From the NCBI GenBank assembly GCA_963716175.1, contig OY970296.1:1440001-1504000 (forward strand): DNA of 64,000 bases, written 5' to 3'. The translations under genes were made by a program, and so were the position numbers. Below, one piece after another: positions 46,524 through 56,296 of this stretch (positions are counted from its first letter, which is position 1; each line of letters starts with the position of its first letter). The stretch comes from an uncultured Armatimonadetes bacterium (GTDB lineage Bacteria > Armatimonadota > Hebobacteria > Hebobacterales > Hebobacteraceae). The notes beneath the pieces are model-generated. The model had not been told where the DNA came from. It saw nothing but the letters and a program-made list of their open reading frames with translations, and made no database searches.

Positions 46524-47684
46524 CTACTTCAACTGCTCCACACGTATCACGTCCTCCACACCTTCCACTTTCATCTTGTAGCCGCCCGCAGTACGATAGA
46601 TGAGGACCTCGGGGCTATAGGCATAGTGGTACGTGTACGCGTATTCCGCCTGTTGCCAGATCTGGCCGTTCTCCAGTTTGAAAATGGTCTCACCAGTCCA
46701 CCCCTCGAAGTCGCCATCTATGTGACTCTCGATAACGTCTGAAGTCCCCAATGGGCCGAACAGCGAAGCACCCAGCCTCGCCCTCGCAGGTGCTTCGGCC
46801 GCCCCTCTGGTGTCTGGTGCACTGAAGATGACCTTCCCCTCGCTGTCAGAGAGAACCAGCTGCGGGCTGCCGTCGGCAAGCAAGGACAGTCTGGCGCGCG
46901 GCTCGCCCTTCTCATCGCGAAGGGAGAGGCCCGTGCCGCTGGCGGGAGGCACCAGCAGCATCGCGCCCCCCTCGCCCTGCTCGGCGAAGAGCGCAAGGGC
47001 CGGGGTGCCGTCGGGAACCACCCTCAGCGCGGCGCGCACCTTGCCCTTCTTGTCGCAAAGCTCAAGGCTCGACCTGCCGTCAGCGTCCAGCCCCAGCCCA
47101 GCGCGCTCCATGCGATTCTCGTCGTAGAGCACCAACTCTGGGTCCTCGGTCGCCCCCAGACGCACACCGAACCGAACCCGGTCCTGCTTGTCCCTTATAG
47201 TGAATTGCGGTTCAGTGCCCCCTGGGCCCACAGACAGTCTGATGACCTCGTTCATGTCTTCACTCGTGAGGCTCAGGTACGCGTTGCCGTCAGTACCCAG
47301 GGCGAACATGGCCCGGTGTTTGCAGTCTGCGTCCAGCAGTGACAGCCCGCTCTCCCCCGATTCCTGCTCATTGACGGAGAGTATAACGCGTGGCGGGCCA
47401 CCCTCCTTGCCCCCCAGGACAATGCTAGGCTGTCCCGCCTGGTCGAGCGCCAGAACTAGCCTTGCTCGGCCGTCCTCGTCAAGCAGCGCAAGGGCCGGGT
47501 GGCCGTCCGCGGCAGAGCGGAAGGTCCCCCGCACCCTCCCCTTCGCGTCCACCAGCTCGAGCCGCTGCGCTCGCAGCACCTCTTGCACCGGCGCGGTCGC
47601 CTGCCCCGCAGCATAGACTATGGCCGCCGCCGTCACTACGAGACACACTGCCGCAATCACCAGCGCCCATCTGCCCCTGCTCAT
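46524..47684 (-). CDS. Secreted beta-repeat hypothetical protein
   Basis: Signal/TM segment; repeats of about 22 aa 'R..L...DG.P.L.L.D..G'; C-terminal 'FKLENGQIWQQ' domain. Confidence 0.7.
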   Translation of the reverse strand: MSRGRWALVIAAVCLVVTAAAIVYAAGQATAPVQEVLRAQRLELVDAKGRVRGTFRSAADGHPALALLDEDGRARLVLALDQAGQPSIVLGGKEGGPPRVILSVNEQESGESGLSLLDADCKHRAMFALGTDGNAYLSLTSEDMNEVIRLSVGPGGTEPQFTIRDKQDRVRFGVRLGATEDPELVLYDENRMERAGLGLDADGRSSLELCDKKGKVRAALRVVPDGTPALALFAEQGEGGAMLLVPPASGTGLSLRDEKGEPRARLSLLADGSPQLVLSDSEGKVIFSAPDTRGAAEAPARARLGASLFGPLGTSDVIESHIDGDFEGWTGETIFKLENGQIWQQAEYAYTYHYAYSPEVLIYRTAGGYKMKVEGVEDVIRVEQLK

Positions 47685-47802
47685 TCCCCGCGCTCCTTGT
47701 GGCGCCGCCCTTTCTGCACCGATGTCTCTGTCCGTTGCCCACCACACGCGGCACAGCCCCGGCCCGGAAAGGCCTACTCAGGCCGCGCTCAGCATCTACG
47801 CC

Positions 47803-48363
47803 CTACCTATCGCCGTCAACGGGAACAGTGATTTCGAGTAAGCGGCTGAGCAATGGGTCTTCCTTTGGCCCGGCTGTAGGTGCTCGCAACGTCTCTGGCC
47901 TGGCCGCGGTAATGCGTGTGGTGTTCCCCTGACTGATCTGATAAGCCAGGAGCTGAACATACCAGTCGCCCACGCGTTGGTACTGCTGGTACTGATCCCA
48001 GGTGATCCTGCCCGCGTTGTAGGCGGCTAAGCCGAAATTCGCCCCGTCGCAATAGGCATTGTCTACAACGAGGACTGCCAGAGCACTTCCGATCACCATC
48101 GTGCGAACTGTGTAGCTTGTCATCTGTTCCCGCGTCACGGGGAGCGCCGGGTTATAACTCCCGTCTCCGAATCCGCTGACGATTCCTGCCTCGTAAGCCC
48201 AGCCGATGTCTTGGTCATGTGGGGACGTTGCGGAGCAGTCGGGGAAGTAACCGGAGCCACCGCGGTGCGTAGCCGTCTGTGCCCACGCGAAGATGAACCC
48301 ACCTAGAATGCTGCCGAGGAACACCAGCGCAACTACCAGCAACCTGCCTGCCACTTTGTTCAT
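47803..48363 (-). CDS. SLH-domain protein
   Basis: 'FPD..I.WAYEAGIVSGFGDGSYNP..VTREQM'. Confidence 0.75.
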   Translation of the reverse strand: MNKVAGRLLVVALVFLGSILGGFIFAWAQTATHRGGSGYFPDCSATSPHDQDIGWAYEAGIVSGFGDGSYNPALPVTREQMTSYTVRTMVIGSALAVLVVDNAYCDGANFGLAAYNAGRITWDQYQQYQRVGDWYVQLLAYQISQGNTTRITAARPETLRAPTAGPKEDPLLSRLLEITVPVDGDR

Positions 48364-48425
48364 CTGTCCCTCCCTGGACTGGTGATCGCTTTCCTTCACG
48401 CCCGCCCGGGCGCGTTGGATCGCAG

Positions 48426-48471
48426 CTCGAATCTCAGGGGATAGCTCGGCAGTGGATCTCAAACCCCTCGG
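48426..48471. repeat. 46-bp dispersed repeat, copy 2 (copy 1 at 1699-1744)
   Basis: 45/46 identity. Confidence 0.85.
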
Positions 48472-48627
48472 GATCCGTCTTCGTCGCCCACCAGGGCGCC
48501 CCTCTACCCCATCCCACTCTCGGAGAGCCCCTCTCAGGTCAACGTGCGCTGCCGTTTTCGGGGTATCCGAGAAATGCAGGCGATTCCTGCCTTTTTCGCC
48601 CCTCGCGGCCCGCGATCACGTCACCGA

Positions 48628-48846
48628 TCAGCAGGCCTCAGCGCCGCCTGCGCCGACATTTCCATCCGCGCCAGCAAGAAGGGTCGGGTCTATGTCAAAC
48701 GTGCAGCAGCCGGGCTGTTCCTCATCACCAGGGGTAAGAAGCGTTCCATCTATGTCGAACGTGCAGCAGCGACGCTGCTGCCCTCCCGCTGGTTCCTTCA
48801 TCCTATCCAGTAGCTCTGAGCATCTCCTGTACCACTCCGGCATCAT
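48628..48846 (-). CDS. Small peptide with two CCTFDID repeats
   Basis: AGGTGA RBS; 60-bp tandem repeat with synonymous variation. Confidence 0.5.
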   Translation of the reverse strand: MMPEWYRRCSELLDRMKEPAGGQQRRCCTFDIDGTLLTPGDEEQPGCCTFDIDPTLLAGADGNVGAGGAEAC

Positions 48847-49139
48847 CAGAGTCACCTATCAACGTCCCGCTAGGTTGTCAGCTCCTCGCCTGTCATCAGC
48901 GCAGGGCCATCGCCCACGTCAGAGCGGGGCGAGCTGCCCGTCGCGCCGGCGCAGCAGCTCCTCGATATCGCGCGCCAGCACCTCCCCGCCATGCTTGCCG
49001 ATCTCCCCGAGGGTCGCGGCCCGGTCGCTCTCGCTCATCCGCGCCAGCACCTCTGCTAAGGCCCGCACATCATGCCTCCGAACCCAGAAGCGCATGAGCT
49101 GCCGCCAGATCGCCAGTCCGAACCTACGGCACGCACCAG

Positions 49140-49907
49140 CTAAAGCCCCATCGCCCCGATCAACTTCTCAAGTTGCTCGCGCGTGACCTCGGGGCCGACC
49201 TCATGCTTGGGCAGTGCCCTGGCGATGTCGTCGAACGCCGTATTGCTCAGACTCACCAGCATACTTCGAGCGATACCCCGATCCTCATCGGTCGCACCGA
49301 ATCCGGTCACGGTGCTGCTCCCGCGGGCTTCGTCCTCCAGGCGGACCCAATAGAACACCTCTCCTGACTTCACATCAGCCAGCACCAGGTGCAGGGAGAG
49401 CCGGAGCTGCTTCTTGACTGGGCGGCGAACGAGCAAGCCCGTCTTCACGCGCAAATCCTGCTGCACAGTCCACTCGCCATAGATCACCCAGTCGGCACCG
49501 AGCCCTTTGCCAGCCTTGAGGGCCTCCTCTTTCCCCCCGCTCAGCCTAAGTTTCTCATCTCTGGTCAGTTGCATTGCCCTGTCGGTCTCTGGCGGGACTT
49601 TCACCAGAGGCTGGGCATCTGGGATGATGCGGAAGTGGTGCCTTTGGAGGTTGAGCAGGGCGCAGGCTCGGGGCATCTCAACTTGGCGTTCGAGTTCGGT
49701 CTGAGAAGCCACCGCGCGGAGGGCCGCGGGCGCAGCGAACGGCATGACGGCCACACCGATCCGTTCAGGAGAAAGAGGCTTCCTTGCCGCCAACTCCTTC
49801 CAGTCAGTGCCTTCTCGTTTCGGCTTCGCCGCGGCATAGGCCACCGCCCCGATCGCCGCCATCGCACACACCACGGCCAGCACCATCACCCACTTGCCTC
49901 TTCGCAT
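49140..49907 (-). CDS. Secreted CsgG/FlgO-like protein, paralogue of 44349-45053
   Basis: Shared 'EG..W..LAARKP', 'LNL.RH.F', 'LGA.WVIYGE', 'ALPKH..PEVT'. Confidence 0.75.
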   Translation of the reverse strand: MRRGKWVMVLAVVCAMAAIGAVAYAAAKPKREGTDWKELAARKPLSPERIGVAVMPFAAPAALRAVASQTELERQVEMPRACALLNLQRHHFRIIPDAQPLVKVPPETDRAMQLTRDEKLRLSGGKEEALKAGKGLGADWVIYGEWTVQQDLRVKTGLLVRRPVKKQLRLSLHLVLADVKSGEVFYWVRLEDEARGSSTVTGFGATDEDRGIARSMLVSLSNTAFDDIARALPKHEVGPEVTREQLEKLIGAMGL

Positions 49908-50005
49908 CTTGCTCCCCTCCTCGCTGTGACGGCGCCTACGGTTTCGCTCTGGTCATTCAGGCCGCGCAAGGCGGCCTCCAAGGCCACGGCCTCCCGGCGC
50001 TGGTA

Positions 50006-50674
50006 CTAGCCCGCTTCATCAAAGACCGACAGGGCAATGCCCTCGCGCCCAGCCACACGGCCCAGATCGAGGGCGCGGATTCGCCTTCGGTCCCGGGAAG
50101 CGACGCGGGCGGCTACCCGGATCTCGGCCCGGTTCCCAGGATTGCTGCCCCCAGGACTGTCGTGCCTCGGCGCGCCGCTTGCAGCCGGCGCCCGCTTACC
50201 TCTCCTCACCGCGCGCGTCGTCAGTGCCCTTCTCTGGGTCCCGTCGCGCCCGCTCCCTCCTGGCAGCGATCGCCTCCGCCCGGCTACACGTTCGGCGGGA
50301 AGCACGAAGACAGGTAGGCGCGTCGCTCGAGGTGGCTGCCGAAATTCCCGCTGCCCGTCTTCCCGCACCCGACAGATCCACGCCACGACTCCCACCACGC
50401 GCAGGTCCGCAGCCTTGACGAAGCCGGCGGCATAGGTGGGGTTGTCGGAGATGAGCCCTACCTGTCCTGCCAGCTCGCCGCCCCACCGGTTGACACAAAC
50501 CTTGCCCCCGCGCTCCACCACGACCATATCCCCGAGCTCAGGAAGCGCGGCCCTCCGCACCCCCAGCGCGTCGCCCGGGGTGAGGGTCGGGCTCATGCAA
50601 TCTCCCACGAGGAGATAGACCTCATCGGCCTGGGCTGCGTGCTCTGCGTCACACTCGAAGGTCTGCTGGTTCAT
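50006..50674 (-). CDS. S24/S26 peptidase-like protein without HTH; C-terminus possibly degraded
   Basis: 'VGDCMSPTL.PGD..GDMVVV..LISDNP.Y..VVGVV'; catalytic Ser and Lys appear to be replaced (C, N). Confidence 0.6.
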   Translation of the reverse strand: MNQQTFECDAEHAAQADEVYLLVGDCMSPTLTPGDALGVRRAALPELGDMVVVERGGKVCVNRWGGELAGQVGLISDNPTYAAGFVKAADLRVVGVVAWICRVREDGQREFRQPPRATRLPVFVLPAERVAGRRRSLPGGSGRDGTQRRALTTRAVRRGKRAPAASGAPRHDSPGGSNPGNRAEIRVAARVASRDRRRIRALDLGRVAGREGIALSVFDEAG

Positions 50675-50874
50675 GGCTCTACCCCACACCTCATCGCCGT
50701 CGCTCGCGCCCGGTCCTTGAGCGCCAGGCCCGCCAACGCCTCCCAGGCCCGCAGCTCATCAGCTCGCAGAGGCCGGAGCTGGCGAGAACCACACCCGCAC
50801 CGCCGGTCCCCCTCCATCACCAGGCCGCATCGCAGGCAGCGCAGCATCAGTGCCCGGTCAGTCAAGGCGATCAT
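50671..50874 (-). CDS. Small zinc-ribbon protein
   Basis: 'CLRCG..CGCGS'; overlaps both neighbours. Confidence 0.5.
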   Translation of the reverse strand: MIALTDRALMLRCLRCGLVMEGDRRCGCGSRQLRPLRADELRAWEALAGLALKDRARATAMRCGVEP

Positions 50875-51973
50875 GGCCGCCTCCGTCAAGCGCCCTGCTC
50901 ACATAGTCCGCCGCGTTGTCGGCGAGGTTCTCGCGCGCCCGGTCGTAGCGCTCGGTGGTGCGCGGGTCCTGGTGGCCCATCGCGTACTGCACCCGGCGCA
51001 AGCTCGCCCCCGCCTCGAGCGCCAGGGTGGCGAAGGTGTGCCGCAGGGCGTGGGGGTGAACCCGCCCCGCCACCTCCGGGGGGAGCGCCGCCCGGGCCCA
51101 CTTGCCCACGATCAGCGCCACCGCCTGGGTGGTGAGGGGCCGCTCATGGCAGAGCCAGCACCCCTGCTCGCCCCGTCCATACTTGCGCACCGGGCAGAAC
51201 ACCGGCGCCTCGGGCCCCGATCGCTGCCGCCCGGCCGTCTCGAGCCAAGCCGCCAGCGCCTCCCAGGTGGGGCCGGCCAGCTTGGCCTGCCGCACCCGTT
51301 CACCCTTGCCCCGGATGGTGGCCACCCGGAAGCCCTGGTCTTCGCCCAGGTCGCCCACCCGCAGGCCCGTCAGCTCGGCCGCCCGCAGGCCGTTGCGCAG
51401 CAGCAAGGCCAGCAGCGCCCGGTCGCGCAGCGCCGGCAGCTCCTCGCCCTGGGGGGCCGCCAGCAGCGCTCGCCCCTGGTCGGGGGTCAAGCCGATGGTG
51501 GGCGAGTGATCGCCGTTCATCTGTAGCCCCTTCAGCCCCGCCGCCGGATTGTCCGGCCGGAAGTTCCCCAGGTGCAGCTCCCGTAGCACCGACCGCACCG
51601 CGGCCATGCGCCGGTTCACGCCGGCCGGCGAAAGCCCAAAGCATTCCCGCAGGTGGGCCCGGAACCCGGTCAGGTCGCCCCGGTCCACCTCACGCAGCAG
51701 GCGCAGCGCCTCCCCCGGGTCGGCCCATGCTTCCTGGAGCAGCGCCGATCGCTCCGCCTTGGACAAGCGCCGCCACTCCCCCGCCGGCAGCACCCGCCCG
51801 GTCTCTTCTCCCCGCAGATAGAGCAGCAGGTGGGCGAGGTCCGTACGGTAGGCGCGCTTGGTGTGCTCCGAGAGCTGCCCGGCCAGCACGCAGGCGAGAG
51901 GATCGCGTGCCCCCAGCTTCCTGCACCCCGCCCGGGTGATCTCAGCGCCCGCTTTCACCAGCTCGCCGGCCAT
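50858..51973 (-). CDS. XerC/D-like tyrosine recombinase
   Basis: 'RDRALL..GLRAAEL', 'GKG', 'HPHALRHTFAT', 'MGHQDPRTTERY'. Confidence 0.93.
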   Translation of the reverse strand: MAGELVKAGAEITRAGCRKLGARDPLACVLAGQLSEHTKRAYRTDLAHLLLYLRGEETGRVLPAGEWRRLSKAERSALLQEAWADPGEALRLLREVDRGDLTGFRAHLRECFGLSPAGVNRRMAAVRSVLRELHLGNFRPDNPAAGLKGLQMNGDHSPTIGLTPDQGRALLAAPQGEELPALRDRALLALLLRNGLRAAELTGLRVGDLGEDQGFRVATIRGKGERVRQAKLAGPTWEALAAWLETAGRQRSGPEAPVFCPVRKYGRGEQGCWLCHERPLTTQAVALIVGKWARAALPPEVAGRVHPHALRHTFATLALEAGASLRRVQYAMGHQDPRTTERYDRARENLADNAADYVSRALDGGGHDRLD

Positions 51974-51993
51974 GCCTCGCTCCCTTCGCCTGT

Positions 51994-52050
51994 GCTTTCA
52001 GTAAGTGTTATTATCACAACCTAATATACCACAGGAAAGGGGAGAGTCAA
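51994..52050 (-). promoter_or_regulatory. Sigma70 promoter followed by a dif-like recombinase site
   Basis: TTGACT-16-TATATT, then GGTTGTGATAA-TAACAC-TTACTGAAAGC (52021-51994). Confidence 0.6.
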
Positions 52051-52059
52051 ACATGCCAA

Positions 52060-52400
52060 CTGTTTCCGCCAAAGCGGTAACTGCCGCCCCATAGCTCTCC
52101 AGGTCGGCCGTCCAGTCCCGCAGCTTGCCCCGCTCGTCGCTGTAGCTCCTCACCGTCACCTTGACCGCCAGCGCCGCCAGGAGCCGCCTCTTCGCCTCCA
52201 GGTCAAGCGCGTCCAGGTTGCCCACCACCTCCAGGGTCCGGGCCGTCCTGTCTATGTTCGCCTCGGCTCGCTCGGCATGGGCGATCTTCGCCGCCAAGTC
52301 CTCGGCCGCGGCCGGCATGGCGTCGTCGTACTGGCGCTTCGTGTCGGTGAAATCCTCCAGGGTGTACAGGCCGGGGCCGCCGGGTCCTCCAGCAGTTCCT
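52060..52400 (-). pseudogene. C-terminal remnant of a serine recombinase
   Basis: 'GLYTLEDF..LDLEAKRRLLAALAVKVTV' resembles a large serine recombinase tail; no catalytic N-terminus. Confidence 0.5.
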
Positions 52401-52539
52401 TCGCCCGGCACAGCCTCGCCTACCAGGCCTTCATTGCCTCGCCGATCTGCGCCACCTCGCTTCTCCACTTCGGCAGGCGTTCGCTCGCCGTCTCCCGCGC
52501 GCAGCGCCGCCGCGGCGTTACCGGCCCGCTGCCACGGGG

Positions 52540-53562
52540 TCAGGGCGAGGATTCGCCGGTTCGTTGTCGCCTTTGCCGTCCTGCCCCTCCTGATCGCTTG
52601 GAGGCTGCGGGAACCGGCTGATCCGACCCTCGGACCGCGACAACCTGGTGCATCTTGATGAATGCAGCCCCGCGATGGTTCTCGATTATCTTGATAGCTG
52701 GCGTTTGGGTAAAGGTGTGCGTCGCTGCATGGAACACAGAGAGAACCAGGTCCTGCAGTTTCTGGTCGTCTTCCAAGTTCCGCACGGTTAGACCGATTTC
52801 CAACGCCTCATCCCGCGAGATATGTCGAGAATGGCTTTTGTACCGGCTGTGATTGGCGAGGGTCCCCGCTGCTCGCCGCGCTTTCTCTTCTGCATCCGCG
52901 GAGCCAACGAACATGTAGGTCTGCAGCCAGGACCTGACAAGCTCCTCAGAAAGGTTCTGTGCGTTCTTGCACTGCATCAGGAGCGCCGGACCATACTGCT
53001 CCAGAATCGGAATCCATGAGCCGAGCCTATCGGGGTCTCTGCACTCCTCCTGGGCATACCGGAACTGGTCGAGGATCGCTTGGGCCGGTGCCTGGACGAA
53101 GCCAGTCGGGGAGCCCATGAGCATCTGCGGATCGACGGGACCCAGGAAGGAATGCTTCCCCATGTAGATGGAGTCTGCACCGCACACCAACATGGTTGCC
53201 GCTGACATCGCCAAGGAGGGCACGAATGCGCGGATGTGCTTGAAGCGGGACCTGAGGTAGCGCATTACGGCATCCGCCGCCTCTGGCGAGCCCCCAGGGC
53301 TATGAATGATCAGATCGAGTTCATCGGTGTCAATCTCGTGTATGACCTCCATCATGCCCTGGAGGTCTTCATCGGTTATGGTCAGAAACTGGGGTCCGAT
53401 CTCCGGGTGCTGCGTGAAGGCCGTGGCGTAGAGGATAACTGCTCGCCCCGTGTGCTTATGAAGCAGCGAAAGGTACTTGCGTCGGACAACGTCCTGAGCA
53501 GACTGACCGTTCGTCGGGTGCGCCTTACCTATCTCTTGGAGCAACTCCCCCCACGTCGGCAT
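52540..53562 (-). CDS. SDH/S49-family ClpP-fold serine protease
   Basis: 'LDLIIHSPGG', 'AMSAATM', 'LGPVDPQ', 'SHSRHI', 'KIIEN'. Confidence 0.9.
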   Translation of the reverse strand: MPTWGELLQEIGKAHPTNGQSAQDVVRRKYLSLLHKHTGRAVILYATAFTQHPEIGPQFLTITDEDLQGMMEVIHEIDTDELDLIIHSPGGSPEAADAVMRYLRSRFKHIRAFVPSLAMSAATMLVCGADSIYMGKHSFLGPVDPQMLMGSPTGFVQAPAQAILDQFRYAQEECRDPDRLGSWIPILEQYGPALLMQCKNAQNLSEELVRSWLQTYMFVGSADAEEKARRAAGTLANHSRYKSHSRHISRDEALEIGLTVRNLEDDQKLQDLVLSVFHAATHTFTQTPAIKIIENHRGAAFIKMHQVVAVRGSDQPVPAASKRSGGAGRQRRQRTGESSP

Positions 53563-53572
53563 GGCACGTGCC

Positions 53573-53785
53573 TTAGGTCCCCGCCGTGTTCGCGCTGCCC
53601 AGGACCTTCACGACTCGCCGATACCCCCGGTACTTCCTCGCAGCAGCCCGGGCACCGACGTAGGCCGTATGCGCAGCAACATAGGTCTCAACGCCGGTGC
53701 GCTGGCGGGCCCGCTGCAACATCACTCGTCGCAATGACTCGAGATCGGTGCCTTGCGTTGCCACCTTGCTGTCGCGCTTATCCAC
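53573..53785 (-). CDS. Small basic hypothetical protein
   Basis: AGGAGG RBS; ends 10 bp before the protease start. Confidence 0.45.
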   Translation of the reverse strand: MDKRDSKVATQGTDLESLRRVMLQRARQRTGVETYVAAHTAYVGARAAARKYRGYRRVVKVLGSANTAGT

Positions 53786-54754
53786 TTGCAGGCCCCTCCT
53801 GTCCGTTTTCCGGCCATTCTATAGTAACTGGTTCCGGTCCTCTCGGCAACCCAAAGAGCCCACACCGCGTCATCAGGGCCGCCCGTAGTCTATGCGCCCG
53901 CCGCCGCGTCAACCCGCCTCTGCCGGGCCACGGAGGCCGCCAGCACGGGAACCGCAGGAACGTTACGAGCCTGGTGCGAAGGTTGACTATCCCAAGGCCC
54001 TGTCAGTGGGAAATCTCCCGGCGTGTTCAGCCACACGCACATGCTCGTCGGGATCGTCGCGGCCGCGGGTTAGGGGCTGCGGCTCAGCATCGCAGAGTCG
54101 TGGGAGCAATGGCCATATCCGCCGCTCGCGAGCGCCGGGCACTATCCCCTCCTCCTGCACCCACTTGGCCATCGTGCCCCCGGCCCCCCTCGCCGAGTCG
54201 CACAATGGGCTATGCCTGGAAAGCGGCCGTCTCCTACACTCGAGCGCGATCGTGTCAGCACCGCTTGTACACTCCCCAAATCGCCGAAGTAAAATGCCCC
54301 ACCCTCGGTAGCCCGACGGTGAGAGTAAGGCGCACTCAAGAGGCATTACAGCGGGAAGAGGTTATAGCACTAACCTCTTGATTGCTGTAACCTGTTGGCG
54401 GGCCAGAGTGAACGCCAGGCAGGAACAGGAAGGCTCTGCGGCACACTGGCCCACCCGCGGACGCTGCAGATAGGCCGAGGGGCATCTGTGCTCTCCACGC
54501 AACGGTAGACCAAGACGCAGGGTCCACCCACAGGCCGCGCGTGAGACCGCAGGCTCGCGTTGTCGGCCGCCGGGTTAGACTGTACCACGCGTAGTCGCCC
54601 CATCTGTACCACCTGATGTTCGGGGGTGGGTACCACCCCATAGTCGGGGGTGGGTACCACCCGGCCGCCGGGGGTGTGGACCACCCCTGAGGCGGTGCTG
54701 GGTCGTTGCCACAAAGAATCCCCTTCTGACCTGGGAGACCGGTCAGGAGGAGAC

Positions 54755-56296
54755 ATGGAGCGACTCAGCGTGCATCTCATCGTGGACATCGTGTATCGGT
54801 TGCGACGCGGCCAGTCCGTGCGGGCGATCTGTCGGGATCTGGGACACTCCCGGGGGACGGTCCGCCGCTATCGGGAGCTGGCGAAGCGGAGAGGCTATCT
54901 GGACCCTTCCCGGCCCTTGCCCGAGCCGGGAGAGGTGCTGGCCCAGCTGGAGCCAGCCCTCTCGGCCCCGGGCAGCAATGTCTCGGGCGTGGAGCCCTAT
55001 CGGGAAGTGGTGGCGGGGCTGCTGGAGCAGGGGGTGGAGATGGTGGCGATCCACCAGCGGCTGGGCCGCCACCATGGCTACCAGGGCAGCTACAGCTCGG
55101 TGCGGCGCTTTGTGAGGCGGCTGCGGCCCCGGCACAAAGAGGTGGTGGTGCGGATCGAGACGCCGCCCGGCCAGCAGGCGCAGGTGGACTTCGGCGGGGC
55201 CGGCAAGATGCGGGACCCAGCCACGGGGAGGCTGCGGCAAGCCTGGTGCTTCGTGATGACACTCTCCTACTCCCGACACCAGTATGTGGAGTTCGTCTTC
55301 GACCAGCGGATGGAGACCTGGATCGGCTGCCACCGGCGCGCCTTCGAGAGCTTTGGGGGCGTCCCCAAAGAGCTGGTGGTCGACAATCTCAAGGCGGCGG
55401 TGCTGCGGGCGGCGCTGGATGATCCCCGGCTGGCGGAGCCCTACCGGAAGCTGGCCCAGCACTACGGCACCCTGGTGCACCCCTGCCGGCCGGGCATGCC
55501 CCAGCACAAAGGCAAAGCCGAGAATGGGGTGCACTACGTGCAGCGCAATCTCCTCGCCGGCGAGGGAGAGCTGGACCTGACCCAAGCGAATCGCCTGGCG
55601 AAAAGCTGGGTGCTGGAGGTGGCCGGCGTGCGTGATCATGGCACCACGCACGTGCCGCCCCTGCGGCGCTTCCGAGAGGAGGAGCAGGCCGCCCTCTTGC
55701 CCCTGCCCGAGGAGCCCTTCTCCCTGCGGGAGGTGCGTTCGGTGACGCTGCACCGGGACTGCCACGTGCAGGTGGAGGGCAGCTACTACTCGGCTCCCTT
55801 CGCCTACGTGGGCCAGCGACTGGACGCCTACCTCTACCAGCACACGGTGCAGCTCTATGACGGGGTGACGCTGCTGGTGACTCATCCTCGCGCGATTCGC
55901 CCCGGCCAGCGGATGACCAAGCTGGAGCACTACCCCGAGGAGAAGTCCTTCTATCTGATCCACACCCGGGAGTACTGCCAAGCGCAGGCGGGGCGGATTG
56001 GGCCCCACTGTGGGCAGGTGGTCAAGCAGCTCTTGGAGGAGCGGCCCCTGGATCGGCTGCGCAGTGTCCAGGGGCTGCTGGGGCTGGCGCGGCGCCACTC
56101 GCCGGCGCGGCTGGAGGCGGCCTGTGCCCGGGCCCTGCACTACGGCGATGCCAGCTACCGTCGCCTCAAGCGCATCCTGGAAGCGGGCCTGGACCAGGTG
56201 CCCCTGGAGCCGGGGTCGGTTCAGCCCCAGTTGCGCCTCTACGAGTACGCCCGGCCCATGAGCGCGTTCTTCGGCGAGGAGGCGGGCACATGCTGA
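54755..56296 (+). CDS. istA: IS21 transposase
   Basis: 'ETPPGQQAQVDFG', 'FGGVP..VDNLK', 'KGKAEN', 'YYSAP'. Confidence 0.95.
   Translation: MERLSVHLIVDIVYRLRRGQSVRAICRDLGHSRGTVRRYRELAKRRGYLDPSRPLPEPGEVLAQLEPALSAPGSNVSGVEPYREVVAGLLEQGVEMVAIHQRLGRHHGYQGSYSSVRRFVRRLRPRHKEVVVRIETPPGQQAQVDFGGAGKMRDPATGRLRQAWCFVMTLSYSRHQYVEFVFDQRMETWIGCHRRAFESFGGVPKELVVDNLKAAVLRAALDDPRLAEPYRKLAQHYGTLVHPCRPGMPQHKGKAENGVHYVQRNLLAGEGELDLTQANRLAKSWVLEVAGVRDHGTTHVPPLRRFREEEQAALLPLPEEPFSLREVRSVTLHRDCHVQVEGSYYSAPFAYVGQRLDAYLYQHTVQLYDGVTLLVTHPRAIRPGQRMTKLEHYPEEKSFYLIHTREYCQAQAGRIGPHCGQVVKQLLEERPLDRLRSVQGLLGLARRHSPARLEAACARALHYGDASYRRLKRILEAGLDQVPLEPGSVQPQLRLYEYARPMSAFFGEEAGTC

Noticed and set aside
51994-52021. Chromosomal dif site or terminus
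   Set aside because: The XerD arm (TTATGTTAAAT) is poorly matched and the site is tied to an island recombinase promoter
53790-54560. Gene interrupted by IS21
   Set aside because: Joining the flanks across the CGCGT duplication gave no ORF I could recognise
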